A DNA stretch of 64,000 nucleotides, taken from positions 107,508,001 to 107,572,000 of the forward strand of contig OX597818.1 in NCBI GenBank assembly GCA_951406725.2. Direction: 5' to 3'. The stretch is from Octopus vulgaris. Taxonomy: Eukaryota. The notes beneath the pieces were generated by a model. It was not told where the DNA came from. It did no database searches and saw nothing but the letters and a program-made list of their open reading frames with translations. The position numbers were made by a program, and so were the translations under genes. This document shows, one piece after another, positions 39,840 to 53,800 of this stretch. Within the stretch, counting starts at the first letter, position 1. Each line of letters begins with the position of its first letter.

Positions 39840-40538
39840 TTTCTACCACCACCATAGCCACTACCATTAATGTCACTACTACTACTACTAATAATAATAA
39901 TAATAACAATAATAATAATAATAATAACAACAACAACAATAAGAATAATGATAATTTCTATAATAGCTAACACAATAATAATATAAATAATAATTTTATC
40001 TGATGAAATTTCGTCAGAGTTTTTGCTTTTTACTCTGTAATGTAATAAAACCTTCCAGTATTATTATTGTTGTTGTTGTTGTTGTCATTGATGAAATCAT
40101 TGATATAAAAAAAAAACTTCTCCATCTTCACCACCATTGTCATCAAATACATCATCATCATCATTGTAATTTTCAACAACAGCATCAATATCACGATCAC
40201 TCATACCATCTCCATCATCATCATCATCATTATCATTAACATCATCATCATCGTCACTCAGTATTACTAAGGATGTTTATTATTGTGTTTGTGCGTGAAT
40301 GTTAATGAGTGCTTGTGTGTGTGTGTGTGTGTGCACGCGCGTGTTTGTACATGTGTGTGTATGTGTATGTGTTTGTATACATACATATAATGTATGTGTA
40401 TATATATTTTTATATTTATATTTATATATCTATACACTCACACACATATGTATATATGTATATACATACATATATATATATATACAAACATGTTCATATA
40501 TATATATAGACACACACACATGCATTACATATATATAT

Positions 40539-40579
<41 letters not shown>

Positions 40580-41149
40580 TATATACATACATATGATGTT
40601 TATATATAAATATATTTATTTATTTGGTCCTCTCCTCCACAAAAAAGAATTACATTCAAAACGTTGTTTGCTTTTTCTTCTTCTTCTTCTTAATACAGTT
40701 AAGACTCAATTTTGAGGTAGAAAAATTAGTTTAGCTTCCACTAAGTACATTTTATATCAGGTGAGAATCGCAAGATACACTGACTTTCACAAGTACTATC
40801 AGCTATTAAACTGAAGCACATATCATTTCCATATATGTTATTTCACCTGCTTCATAAAATAAAGGATCTCTGGAAATGAAAACAAAAATACAAAAACAAA
40901 AGACACAAAATAAAAAAACGAAAATACATTAATATATTATCCATTGTTTACATATTTATTTCATTTCACTCAGTTCATTTGTTCCTAATTTATTGTTTTT
41001 TTCTATTGTTCACATTTTTATATTTATATACACGTGTGTGCATGCTTATGTGTGCTCTGTGTGAATGTGTGTATACTCATATCTATACACTTGACAGTAT
41101 GTGACTATATATATATATAATGTAATATTTATACATAGACTTATATCTA

Positions 41150-41186
<37 letters not shown>

Positions 41187-42225
41187 ATCTATGTATATGT
41201 GAGTATAATATATATATATATATATACATACACATATATATATATATATGATACTTAAATATATATATGTATATCTATGTATATATACATATATATGTAT
41301 ATGTAAATATAAATTATATATGTGCGCGTATATTCGTGTGTAATCTTTTCTTGTAATGAAAGTGTATGTCTGTATATGTCCACTTGCAGGTGTGTGTCTT
41401 CATGTTTGTGTAAATGGAAGTTTTTTTGCTTCTTTAACTGTTATTTTTTTCATTATTTTTTTTTATATAATTATATCTCATTTCTTTCCTTTCTTTTCCT
41501 TATTTTACTTTTCTTCTTTTGCATACATTTAAAAAATATTTGTGTGTGTCAGTGTGACTGTAAATTTATACATGCATATGCATATACGTGTTATTTTTTT
41601 GTGTGTGTGTGTGTGTGTACACATATACGTACACATTTGCATATATTTACATTATTTATGCTTTCTGTTTGTATATTTTAATTTTTCTCATAGAAATCAA
41701 TGTTGTTTTTAATTGCATTAGATCATTGACACAGCAAACCATTGAATATGTGTCTAAGAGACTGTTTTGAGAGAAGTGAGAGTGCAGAAAAGAAATGAAA
41801 TATTAAAAGTAAATGAGTGATTAAATTGTTGAATAAGGATTAATGATAATGAATAAAATATTAGTGTTTATTCATTGTGATTTTGTATGTATGTCAGCCA
41901 CCGAATATATCCGATGCCTAATTTTGTTATAATGAACTAATCTTTCACTTCTACAGTGCACAACTAATGTGTTTGGTTGTTGCTGTTATTTTTTTCAAAG
42001 CCAAAGTGAATTCAATTATTTTTCATTAAAGACAATCCAACCACGACTGATCCACTTTGTACATATCTTTAGTTACATTGTTGAATGTCACATGGTTTAT
42101 GCTTATAGGTCTCATATGATTGTAATGCTTATGTACGTATCATAAATTATATGTATACATATATTGCAACATACACACACACACATATACACACATACAC
42201 ATACATACACTATATATATATGGGC

Positions 42226-42338
42226 CAAATTCCCTAGTACTTTAAGTTTCAAAGCTTGATGCTATTGGAAATTTCTAATGGCTGAGGATTAGCATCAAGC
42301 TTTGAAACTTAATGAAATTTAAAGTACTAGGGAATTTG
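42226..42338. repeat. Short fold-back next to (TA)n
   Basis: CAAATTCCCTAGTACTTTAA / TTAAAGTACTAGGGAATTTG and TTAAGTTTCAAAGCTTGATGCTA / TAGCATCAAGCTTTGAAACTTAA. Confidence 0.8.
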
Positions 42339-42436
42339 AATGAAACATTTTTGAGCCATACATGTAACTCCCAATAAATGTGCAGAGTGCCCTTCTTCCA
42401 TTTTTCCATTCACTCATATATATATAAACATATATA

Positions 42437-42485
<49 letters not shown>

Positions 42486-42534
42486 TATATACATATATAT
42501 ATTTACAGTATGTGAATATATACATAAACATATA

Positions 42535-43593
42535 CTTGTTTTTCTAAAATGCACCATAAATGTTCAATAATATTGAGATCTGGGGACTGTGGTGGCCAGA
42601 TAAAGTGTCCAACTTCACTAGAATGTTCCTTGTGCCATTCAGTAACAACTTAAGCTGTGTGAATTGGTGCATTATCATCCTGAAAGATTTGCGTTTCCCT
42701 CTAGAAACAGTTCTGCAACCACAGGATGAATTTGATCAGATAAAATGCTTAAATAGTCTTGACTATTAATTCTGCCATGAAAGAAAACCATTGGGCCATC
42801 AAATCTCCAAGATATAGCGCCCCCCACAGATCATCACAGATCCTCATCCATGTTTAACAGTTGGAAGAAGGCAGGCTGGATCAAATGCTTCTTTTGGCTG
42901 TCTCCACATGTATACTAAGCTGGTGGTTGGAAATAAGGTAAAGGATGACTTGTTTGAGAAAATAACATTCTTCCACTGCTCTAGGGACCAATTCTGTAGG
43001 TTTTTACTCCACTCTAAATGCTTTGCAATGTTTGTCTTTGAAAGTAGTGGTTTTCTGATTGCAGCCCTCCCATGAAATCTGGCTTTGTGCAGCTCCTGGC
43101 AAACAGTTCTGTGGAGACTGTGCTCTCAAGGTGGTCATTAAGCTCTGCAGTAATTTTGGGAGCTGTACTTTTGTGATCCCATCTAACAATTTATGTAAGA
43201 ATCCGATGGTCCCTATCTGAAAGTTTTGGTTTTCTCCCGGAGTTTTGTTTCGATGAGGAGGTTTTTCCCTCTTTCTCACAGTCTGTCATTACTTTCGAGA
43301 CAGTACTTCTTGATGCACAAAACATTTCGGCTATTTTCATTATGCTGGTGCCTGCCATATGAGCACCAACAATTTGATCTCTTTGAAAGTTCGATAGATC
43401 TGTCATTTTAACGAATTTTAATTATCTTTTTCTGATGATATCTGAAAAGAAACAGCAATTTTAGCAAAACATATTAAGCAACACTAATAATAAATCAAAA
43501 AAACATAAAAATAAACAAGCTCTTTACAGTTTTATTGATATTTCAAAATTATTATGCTATGATGCTAGGTGTTTCTTTTATTTAGTCCAACCC

Positions 43594-43596
<3 letters not shown>
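42535..43596 (-). mobile_element. Decayed Tc1-like transposon, DD36E spacing, 3' end truncated
   Basis: Terminus CAGGGGTTGGAC at 43596; ATG at 43406 (MTDLSNFQRDQIVGA...GRKPKLSDRD); FQDDNAPIHTA...WPPQSPDLNIIEHLW; several stops and frameshifts. Confidence 0.88.
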
Positions 43597-43625
<29 letters not shown>

Positions 43626-43690
43626 TGATAGAAAAGGTAAGACAACAAAAGAATGAAAGAGACCTCGATATTATGTAAATGGAGGAATTT

Positions 43691-43887
43691 ATCTGTAAAT
43701 GTAATATGTGACAATTATTCGGTAGCCATGATAAAACTCTGCATTTCAGATGCCAGGGTGGAAATCCACACTGCTATCTCTTTAGTTATCCAGCCATCGG
43801 AAAGTTGGTGGCATGGATTTCCACCCTGGCATCTGAAACTCGGAGTTTCATCATGGCTAGCGAATAATTGTCACATATTACATTCAC

Positions 43888-43891
<4 letters not shown>
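43691..43891. mobile_element. Fold-back between (TA)n tracts carrying an HHR-like motif (43730-43790, minus)
   Basis: Arms of about 78 bp. Minus strand GAUAA-CUAAAGA-GAUAGCAGUGUGGA(UU)UCCACCCUGGCAUCU-GAAA-UGCAGAG-UU-UUAUC; perfect stem I GAUAA/UUAUC; G5-to-A core change. Confidence 0.65.
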
Positions 43892-43931
<40 letters not shown>

Positions 43932-44162
43932 CTTTGTGTGTGAGTCTTTGTGCATGTGTTTGCCCCACCACCATCACCACTGCTCGACAACTGGTGTTGA
44001 TGTATTTGCATCCCCATAACTTAGTGATTGAGCAAAAGAGACCAATAGAATAAGTAACAGGCTATAAAAAGTAAGTTGGTTTCAATTTGTATGACTAAAA
44101 CCCTTCAAGGTCATACCCCAGCATAGCCACAGTCAAAAATGCCTGAAAGGAATATAAGATGC

Positions 44163-44198
<36 letters not shown>

Positions 44199-47100
44199 GT
44201 TTCTTGTGAGTATGCCATGGCACTTCACCCACATCTCTCTCGCTCTCTCACTCACTCTCTCTTTCTCTCTCTCTCTCACTCTCTCTCTCTTCCTCCCTAG
44301 CTGGGTAACCATGTACTTCCTCTACAGCAAGACACCTGTTTCTGCCTCTCTGCCACACCCAAACCTTTCATCATTTGACACAGAGTCACCTCCTCCAATG
44401 CCGCCTCTCCTCTCAAAGGATCTTTGTCTTGCAAGTTACTTGGTGACTCGGCCAGTGTTTGGTGCCATACAAAAAGCATTCAGCCCACACTGTAAAGTGG
44501 TTGGCATTAGGAAGGGCATCCACCCATAAAAACTGTGCCAAAACAGACACAGAAGCCTGGTGCAGGCTCCAGCCTGGCCAACTCCTGTCAAACTGTCCAA
44601 CCCATGCCAGCATGGAAGGCAGATGTTAAACAAGGATGATAACGATGATGATGATTGTAAATAGTATTATTTTATGCTGTACACTTTGCCCCGTCAGTGC
44701 TGGTGGCCTGAGAAACGCATCCTGTGCACTCTGTACAGAAGTTGGCATTAGGGAGAGCGTTTAGCTGCAGAAACCATCCCAAAACAGACAATAGAGATTG
44801 GCAATGTGCCCTGGTTTTCCAGCTTGTATTACACCATCCAACCCATGCCAGCAGGGAAAAATCAACGTTAAATGACAACAACGACGAGGAGGAGGATAGA
44901 CTTACATCATAACTGTTCCAGGAGAACACCAGTATATGCCACAACATTCCTCAACAGACCTTTTTCCCCACACACTCACAACACATACTAAAAGTCAAAG
45001 AACTAATGTTTAAGAATTATGAATGGTAGAATCTTCTGGCATCATGTAAAAGAGAACTTCATGTTGCTATAAACTCTGCACACACAATTAATTCACTTCA
45101 AAAATCTTTCATGGAATCTTCGATATGGATGCCATAACTAAAGGAATTCCAAATGAGTTTTATGTCATTCTTTCTTGTCTTTATATCCCTCCAAAATAAT
45201 TTCTTATACTATCAAATATCTATTTAGAGCACAACTGATTACCTTCATCATTCACTAAATTCTGAAGAATATTTTTTAAGGTGTATCAATATGTTGTGTC
45301 ACCATTTTTTCAGTTTATTATTTTTTTATTGAGAGTGTTTTAGAAGAGAGCATCTGTAGTTACATGCCTTCATATGATGAATTCCTCACATGACTTCTTC
45401 TCTGGAAATTAATCCAAAGTCTCATACCAACTGAATCTTGTGTGTAATTTTCTACATCATTTTTTAGCTGAAACTTCAGGTTTTCAAATTTTACATCAAC
45501 TATATTTCCTAGTTAGGTCCAATTTTAATTATCAATAAAATAATAAAAGCAGCTGACCAGTTCTTTTATTTGCAGGCAAAACAATACAATTGTCCTTATT
45601 CAGAGAGTAAGCTATAAAAAAATAAACTTGAATAGATACAAAAATACTGACTGTAGTTTTGAAATCAGCCAATTTTAGTCTAAACCAAATGAAAAACTAA
45701 GCACAATAGAAATTATGTCAAAATTGTTCCTGTCAGTAAATTTGGACTCCAGTAACTTTATCATATTTCAGAGAAAAGAAATATGGGAAACTCTGCAAAA
45801 CTAGCAACCAGAATTATTCTTAAGCAATTTCTGAATATTTAAAAACAGAAAACAGTGAGCCGTATTCCCAATCCTAAAGTTTAAGGTTGTAGCAGTGATT
45901 TGAAACTGAATCCCTGGATACACAGTTATACATAACAAACAAACCCCCATACTTTCATGCAGTTAACTGGTTAATCAGTGTGAAGCAACGATACGGACAG
46001 TTTTACTCAAACATTCTAGAATTTGACTTGTGGTCCCCTATAAAATCCATGTGGCATGCATTTTTTAAAACCAGACAACCTAGGAGGGCAGTTAAGACAG
46101 TTGGTGCAGATAAATACCACGAATGTAGCACATTTGTTTCCAGTTATGTTGGGCAAGCTGCAGATCACCATACGAACAGCTTGCTGTAAATTCCAAGCAG
46201 TATATCTCTCCCAGTATGTAATTATTGTCATCTGTAAAAGGCTAACACCATCTGTCATCTGTAAAAGGCTAACACCATTTGTATTTACATGCGATAATAA
46301 AATCTTCTGTTAAATGTCCGCAAGTGTTGTTCATTTACTTCTTCAAGCAGCCCAAGGAACATATTTCCATTTGTCGACTCAGTCAATCACCCCGCACCTC
46401 GTTTCCACCTCCAGCCAGCCCCATCAATCTACAGACTGCAACAAGGTAACATAGACAATCCAAAGATGTTTCCCATCTTAGAAAAACTTAGAAATGTGCT
46501 ATATACGAAGGACCAGATTTCAGAATAAAGGGATTTTTCAGCAATAGGATATAATAGGGCTCAGTTTGGAAATGTGAAATGTGCACTTGTATGCTTTCTG
46601 TTCTCAACATTTGTATGCAGTAGTGCTGAATGGCATAAATTGCAGAGCTATATTACAAACCAAGTTTGTGAAATATGGATTGTTAATTTTCATTCACATT
46701 AGGGCTGACAAAAATATTCTTTTCTACTCTAGGCATAGGGCCCGAAATTTTGGGGGAGGGGGCCAGTCGATTAGATTGACCTTAGTGCGCAACTGGTACT
46801 TAATTTATCGACCCCGAAAGGATGAAAGGCAAAGGAGACCTTGGCAGAATTTGAACTCAGAACATAAAGACAGATGAAATACTGCTAAGCATTTCACCCA
46901 GCATGCTAATGTTTCTGCCAGCTTGCTGCCTTAGTACTGACTAGAATATCAAACAATCATGAGCTTCTTTGTGGTCACTGGGACAATTAAAAATAGCAGT
47001 CAAATCTTCTTCAAATTATATGTTACCATGTTAATGAAGAATTGACATATTAGATAATATAGTCCAGGATTAACAATTCCTGAAAAGAAAAAAGTCTGCA

Positions 47101-48332
47101 GGGGTGGCTGTGTGGTAAGAGGGTTTGCTTCCAAACAGAGCAAGTGTCTTCTACTATAGCTTTGGGCTGACCAAAGCCTTGTCAGTGGACTTAGTAAATG
47201 GAAACTGAAAGGATACCATTGTGTGAGTGCGTGTGTGTGTGTGTGTGTGTGTGTTTCTACCCTTCTACCACTTGACAACCAGTGTTGGTGTGTTTATATC
47301 CATAACTTAGCAGTTGGGCAAAAGAGACTGTTGGAATAAGTACAAGTTTAAAAGTACTGAGGTTGATTTATTCAATTCAAATTCTTCAAGGCAGTGCTCC
47401 AGCATGGCCAGTCTCATGACTGAAACTTGTAAAATATAAAAGATAAAAGAGAGAGAATGCCTTTGATGTAAGGTTCCTTGGAACCGAGCTAACACACCGA
47501 ATCAGAAAGTAAGATCTCATCAAGCTAACATAATTGATGTGTTCACCCACAACGAAATCTCTTTCAACAAACATTTGGCCATCTTTAAAATTGTGACTAC
47601 ATATTATTAAAGTCCCAAATTTTACCCCAGAGTCAAATAAAAAAAGAAATTGGTTTGAACTCATGTTTAATGACAGTTTCATTCAGTCACTACCCTAATG
47701 TGGTTCAATTTGTGTTGACAAGCACACTTTGCAACATTATTTATTTAGCTGTATCAAATGCTCTCCAAACACATTATCTAGATTCAGTAATCATTGAATT
47801 TTTTTTTTAAATAAGTCAGATGATTTTTGTAAATAATTTTTGTTGAAACTTTTACTGAGAAATATAACTGAAAAATCAGCGTAAGGCTAAAAACGGCAGA
47901 CTGTTCAAGTGGTAGTTGTCTGTTCTTTTGATTCAGTCAATGATATGTCTGCACACAAATAACATTAATAAAACAAACAAAAACTGCTCTTTTTTCAAAA
48001 AAAAAAAAACAAAACAAAGACTTAATCAAATATAAATAATGCAGATTTTTTGCAATTTTAACAAATCTGTTCCACTTTACATTTATTTCACAAAAACTTT
48101 CAATTTTTGTAAAGAAATCCCTTTAGTGTTTCTCAAGGTTTTTTTACTTGCTTTTCTTTACGTGCAAAAATGTCTTCACAGCATTTCTGCATTTTTCAAC
48201 TTTTCTAGATTTTATATTTATCTTCCTACATTAACAGCTACATGGCATGTGCATGATTTCATTAACAATGTCCTTTCTCACAATACAAACTGAAAACATC
48301 ACACACCCGTACACACACAAACAACGCACACA

Positions 48333-48374
<42 letters not shown>

Positions 48375-48510
48375 ACACAGACACAGACACACACACACAC
48401 ATGTAGCTATATACACTTAGGTATATCAATATAAATCTTAATATATATGTGTGTTTGTGAATGTGTGCATGTGTGTGTATACGTACATATACGCATATGC
48501 ATATACATGA

Positions 48511-48545
<35 letters not shown>

Positions 48546-49603
48546 CGAGTATGTATGTATTTATATCTAAGTGGCTGTTGTGTGCATGCATATGTTTGTT
48601 TTGTGCACAAAGGTAAAAAAAATGCATATATTTAGACACATATTTGAACTTTTTAAATACACACACACACGCACACACACATACACACATCCATGCTGCA
48701 TTTTTCTGCTTCCTAACATTTTTATGCCTGTCAAATAAAGGACAGGAATAAAAATAATTCTAATGCATAAAAAGATTTTACTTCCTAAAAACTTGCTTTC
48801 GGTAAAATGTTGTTGTTGCCCCCAAATTTGCATTCCAAACCAAATGGTATTTCTTTCTCTCCAAATTATCATTTTTGAAAGTTTTTGATGTTGTGCAATA
48901 CCAAACCATTATGCCTCTCTGACAAACTAATTAAACTTCAAACACTCTCTGAACTTAGAATTACGCTGGCAATTATTGGCAATAAATTCTCATTTAAAAC
49001 ATGTCATAAGACTAGAGTTATGCTAAATTCTCAATTGCCTGTCAATGCATCTTATCATGAAATCCGAGAGACAGAGGAAGATAGAAGGTGAGAGAGAGAA
49101 AAGGAGAGAGAGGGGGAGAGAGAGTGAGAGAGAAGTGTATAAACATACATTAATTTTCAGAACATATTTTTCGTTATGTACATTCCAATCTAAGAAAGTT
49201 CTGCTTAGATTCCTGTATAGCAAAACATTTATACTCCAAAGAATACATATCTAAGATGATGGAGATCATTTCATTAATATATGATTATTGAATATTTGGA
49301 GGGTATCTCGTTTGTTTGCTCGTATGCATGTGTGTATATGTGTGTTTATATGCCTCTGTATCTGTCAGCATATTTCCTATTATTCATATGTCTACATATC
49401 TATATTTTGTACATTTTTATAACAACATATCAACGTCTATCTACTCTACATTTCATTACAACTTTGCAATTTTCTTTTGTCTGCTTGCTTCATCTTCTCG
49501 TATGATATTAGCTGTTGGTTTGGGCCTTACATTGAAAATCAAACTTCATTCCTTCCTCTGATCAATCTACACCAGCATACATGTACACACACACACACAC
49601 GTA

Positions 49604-49644
<41 letters not shown>

Positions 49645-50251
49645 CCTTGGATCGTAGAGTGACTCGCTGTTCTTGAGGAGATCTATTGAGTCAAGTACGT
49701 TAACACCAACATCAAAATGAAAATCAAATGGAAATTGTAGTTAAGATACCCACGCTGGTGACACGTTAAAAGCACCATCTGAACGTGGCAGTTGCCAGCG
49801 CCGCCTGACTGGCATCTGTGTCAGTGACATGTAAAAGCACCAACCGATCATGGCCGTTTGCCAGCCTCATCTGGCCCCTGTGCCGGTGGCATGTAAAAAA
49901 ACACCTACTACACTCACGGAGTGGTTGGCGTTAGGAAGGGCATCCAGCTGTAGAAACATTGCCAGATTAGACTAGAGCCTGGTGCAGCCTCCATGGCTCC
50001 CAGACCCCGGTCAAACCGTCCAACCCATGCTAACATGGAAAACGGACGTTAAACGATGATGTTGATGATGATGAGGATATGTATATATAGGAGTAAATGT
50101 AAGGATAAGCAAGTTAGGCAGGTCGATATACAAAGAATATTAAATACACTAAATACAAAAAATATATATATGCTTACATACAAAATGGTTCGACTAACAC
50201 AGAATAGAAATGATATCAGGAATTAAAGGAGTTGGAGAGGAGTATTACAAA

Positions 50252-50340
50252 TCCAACAGCTGTTTCTGGGAGGTTAGCAGTCCAAAATAATTATTGTAAA
50301 CTGATTTCATCAGATGATAAGAGCCTCAATCTTCAGGAAA
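50252..50340 (-). ncRNA. HHR motif of the 16190-16825 family
   Basis: UUC-CUGAAGA-UUGAGG...CCUCCCA-GAAA-C-AGCU-G-UU-GGA; palindromic AACAGCUGUU. Confidence 0.65.
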
Positions 50341-50573
50341 GAAATCTTACATTTGAGGTGTTGACAGAAAGGAAATTAAAGACGGAATGATTTTGTGGAG
50401 AGCTAAGTGTATTAGAAGGGGAACTTGGGAGGTATTCAGATAGAGAATAGAGAGAGGAGAAAATAAATTTCAAGGGTTAGGAATTACTTCTCTACCTGCT
50501 CAAGTTTAAACCTCTTGAGCACTACCAAGTGCATTCTATATGGAGAATATCTGATTCTCATCTATGAACTATA

Positions 50574-50610
<37 letters not shown>

Positions 50611-51264
50611 CATCATTATCTCGTCATTTAACGTCCACTTTCCATTCTGGTATGGGCTGGATGGTCTGACTGAGGGCTGGCAAGCCAGAAGACTGCACCA
50701 TGCTCCAATCTGATCTGGCAAAGTTTCTACAGCTGGATGCCCTTCCTAATGCCAACCACTCCAAGAGTGTAGTGGATGCTTTTATGTTCTACTGGCACGA
50801 GGACCAGTCCAGCAGCACTACCATCGTCCATGCTCAAGTGATGCTTTTTACATGCCACGGGCACAGGTGCCAATCAGACGGTACTGTCCACCCACACACA
50901 TTATTGTGTCTGGGGAGGGTCATTCTCTTTTAGTATATTATTACTTAACACACTCACTGGTTCGATTTCCACTCATTTACTTATTTTACTTAGTTTTGTT
51001 GCATCTTGCAACCTCTTCAATAGTTGCTGACTTTGTTCGTTATCAGAGCTGTATTCTTTTTGCTTGTTTGTGAACATGTGTGCGTGTCAGTGTGCAAGTG
51101 TATACGCATATGTATGTATGTATGTGTGCGTATACATATATATGTGTATGAATGTGTGTACATTTGTATGTATGTATTCTGCATATTCATGATTTTGTGT
51201 GTTCATGTTTGTGTGTTTATATGTGTATTTGTGTATGTACCTCTGTCTCCAAGTGTGGTGTGCT

Positions 51265-51817
51265 GATGCAGTACCAGACAGTGGCTCACATAGCTTCTGA
51301 TCTTAACTGGTTGGAAGTGTTATCATGTACATTGTTTTGTCTTGGTATAAAAGATGGGCTACTGCAAATATTCTGCTCAATACCACAGATTTGCTTGTCA
51401 GTTGTTTGACCTTAACCAATTGACCATGTCCCTTAGTGGCTGACGATGTGTGCATCTCTGATCACAAGCAGAAGTAATAAGGGAACATCATAGCCGTGTG
51501 TTGAAAGGAATTATTGGAGGTTTGGATAATTCCCCTTCGGAAACATGGGTGGTTCGTTCAACAGCCTTAAACAATCCTTATTCAGAGACCTTTTGAGTGG
51601 GATGGGCTACTCGACCAGAAGAAAATTCTAACTGGGCCCCCACCTGCAAGGTCATGCGCTGTTTATCTTGATATGAGATCACCATGTCACGCACATATGG
51701 TTGTGATGCATGTGCCTGGTGTACCCTTATCAGACGGGTAGTCATGATGGGTACACTGGACATCATATATTTTACCCCAGTGTCACTTTGATGGCATGCA
51801 CTGCTCTCTCACTCACT
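51265..51817 (+). mobile_element. Repeat family D: non-coding element ending ...CTGCTCTCTCACT-(AAT)n
   Basis: Close match to 62944-63388(-); tail-only copy at 33274-33307; always abuts (TAA)n. Confidence 0.8.
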
Positions 51818-52174
51818 AATAATAATAATAATAATAATAATAATCATCATCATCATCATCATCATCGTTTAACGTCCGCTTTCCATGCTAGCATGGGTTG
51901 GACGGTTCAACTGGGGTCTGGCAAGCCCGAAGGCTGCACCAGGCCAGTCAGATCCGGCAGTGTTTCTACAGCTGGATGCCCTTCCTAACGCCAACCACTC
52001 CGAGAGTGTAGTGGGTGATTTTATGTGCCACCGACACAGGTGCCAGACGAGGCTGGCAGACGGTCACGCTTGAATGGTGTTTTTTATGTGCCACCGACAC
52101 AGGTGCCAGACGAGGCTGGCAGACGGATAATAATAATAATAATGATGATGATAATAATAATAATAATAATAATA

Positions 52175-52610
52175 AATGACCACATCTCACTCCTCTGGAA
52201 CTTCACCATTCAAACTGACAGGAAGATAGATGCAAATAGGCCAGACATCATATTGAAAAACTTCAAACAAAGAACATGCCTCCTCATTGATATGACTGTC
52301 CCAACGATATAAACGTATCTGTCAAGACCTACCAAAAACTGAGCAAATATAAAGATCTTGAAATAGAAATCAGCAAAATGTGGAAGCTGAAGACTAAAAC
52401 AATACCTGTTGTCATAGGTGCCCTGGGAATGATAGCAAAGGCTGATAGCTACCTAATCAGATACCAGGAAACCCAAATGGCAGAAGTTCAAAAGATAGTG
52501 TCATAATAATAATAATAATAATAATTTTTTAAAACCCTGTTGTCTCTTGAGGTCTCTGGGTGAGACTTGGAGCCAACTTGTGCAAATATAAAGCAAAAGT
52601 CAAACATAGA
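52175..52610 (+). mobile_element. 3' end of a second R4/Dong-type element in (TAA)n
   Basis: LLWNFTIQTDRKIDANRPDIILKNFKQRTCLLIDMTVP, then after a frameshift KLSKYKDLEIEISKMWKLKTKTIPVVIGALG (RPD...D..K RLE motif). Confidence 0.85.
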
Positions 52611-52809
52611 ATAATAATAATAATATCAAAAAATATCTTAGGAATGAGAATCCAGGTTTGAAATTTCCTCAAGCCACCTGATGAAGGCTGGAGGGTATAT
52701 CAGACGAAACATTATGCTAACAACAAACAGGATGAGGACAAATATCCGTCAATTGTTAATAATGTACATAATGTAAATAATTCCTCATCTCTTAAATATA
52801 GAACTCTAT

Positions 52810-53315
52810 CACTCCTTGATATTTGTCGGTCTTGCACTACATGTTCACCCTGTTTACTTTGTCATAGGCTCTTTGTATCCTATTCGAGTCTCTACCTCTG
52901 TATCTAGGGCAGGTACCACTGGTTTCATTACATATAATTATATTTAACTTCTTTCTAGTTTCCCTGTATACCCAAACCCTATCTTTCTGGACATATTCAG
53001 AGTTCTACCTGCAGTGCATGAGGTTCTGTACATGTTTCTTTGTTTCATAGGGTGCGCATAGTGGGGACTCATGGTTCATTATCCTAACTCCGTCTGCTAA
53101 CAGCATGCTCTTGTGAGCAACATATTTAGAAGCTATGGGTTTCATGTAATAGGAGGGGAGGAGCTGCACTCTACTGTTCACAGTCTCTCACCAAAGTTCT
53201 TTATCAAGGACAGGGAATGTATCTATTGATAGGGTGCCTATTGGGGTAATTTATAGTTGCCTTGAGACTTTGGTGGGTGGAGTCAGCTATATGCTGGATG
53301 CTATCCATTATGCTC
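52810..53315 (-). pseudogene. Decayed PLE RT/thumb remnant of a third type
   Basis: IADSTHQSLKATINYPNRH..VLDKELW, YYMKPIASKYV and SGTCPRYRGRD resemble PLE motifs IANSIHxS..PxLD..W, YxKPMAS and GxRPLYR. Confidence 0.55.
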
Positions 53316-53322
53316 AGCTTTG

Positions 53323-53343
53323 TTTAAGTGCTGCATAGTGGGG

Positions 53344-53413
<70 letters not shown>

Positions 53414-53638
53414 CTTTAAGCTACAAAATCATAATTATGAGAGATTGAACAAGTAGGAATTTTATAAAATTCTTACTCGTTCAAGTTCTCATAATTATGA
53501 AATATGATTTTGTAGCTTAAAGGTTCTCTCTCTCTTTTCTCTCTCTCTCTCTCTCTTTCTATCTCTCTCTATTTCTCTCTCTCTTTCTCTCTCTTCTCTC
53601 TCTCTCTCTCTTTCCACCCCCATTCTGCAGCACTTAAA
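53323..53638. repeat. Fold-back with (GA)n/(TC)n inside the arms
   Basis: TTTAAGTGCTGCA..GGGGTGGA(GA)n AACCTTTAAGCTACAAAATCATA mirrored on the right; centre AATTTTATAAAATT near 53465. Confidence 0.85.
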
Positions 53639-53747
53639 ATAAGGTATTGTAGGCAATTGTTGTTGACATGTTTTCTGAGGTTGCACACCACTTTCCTCGT
53701 ATTTCTTATGATGATGATGATGATGATTATGATGGTGGTGGTGGTGG

Positions 53748-53800
<53 letters not shown>

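Noticed and set aside
45030-45200. Possible hAT dimerisation-domain remnant on the minus strand
   Set aside because: Needs several frameshifts for a weak motif match
46100-46280. Possible LINE RT remnant (LFTDD..LQ..NKC) with a 25-bp tandem duplication
   Set aside because: Too degenerate to call without an HMM search
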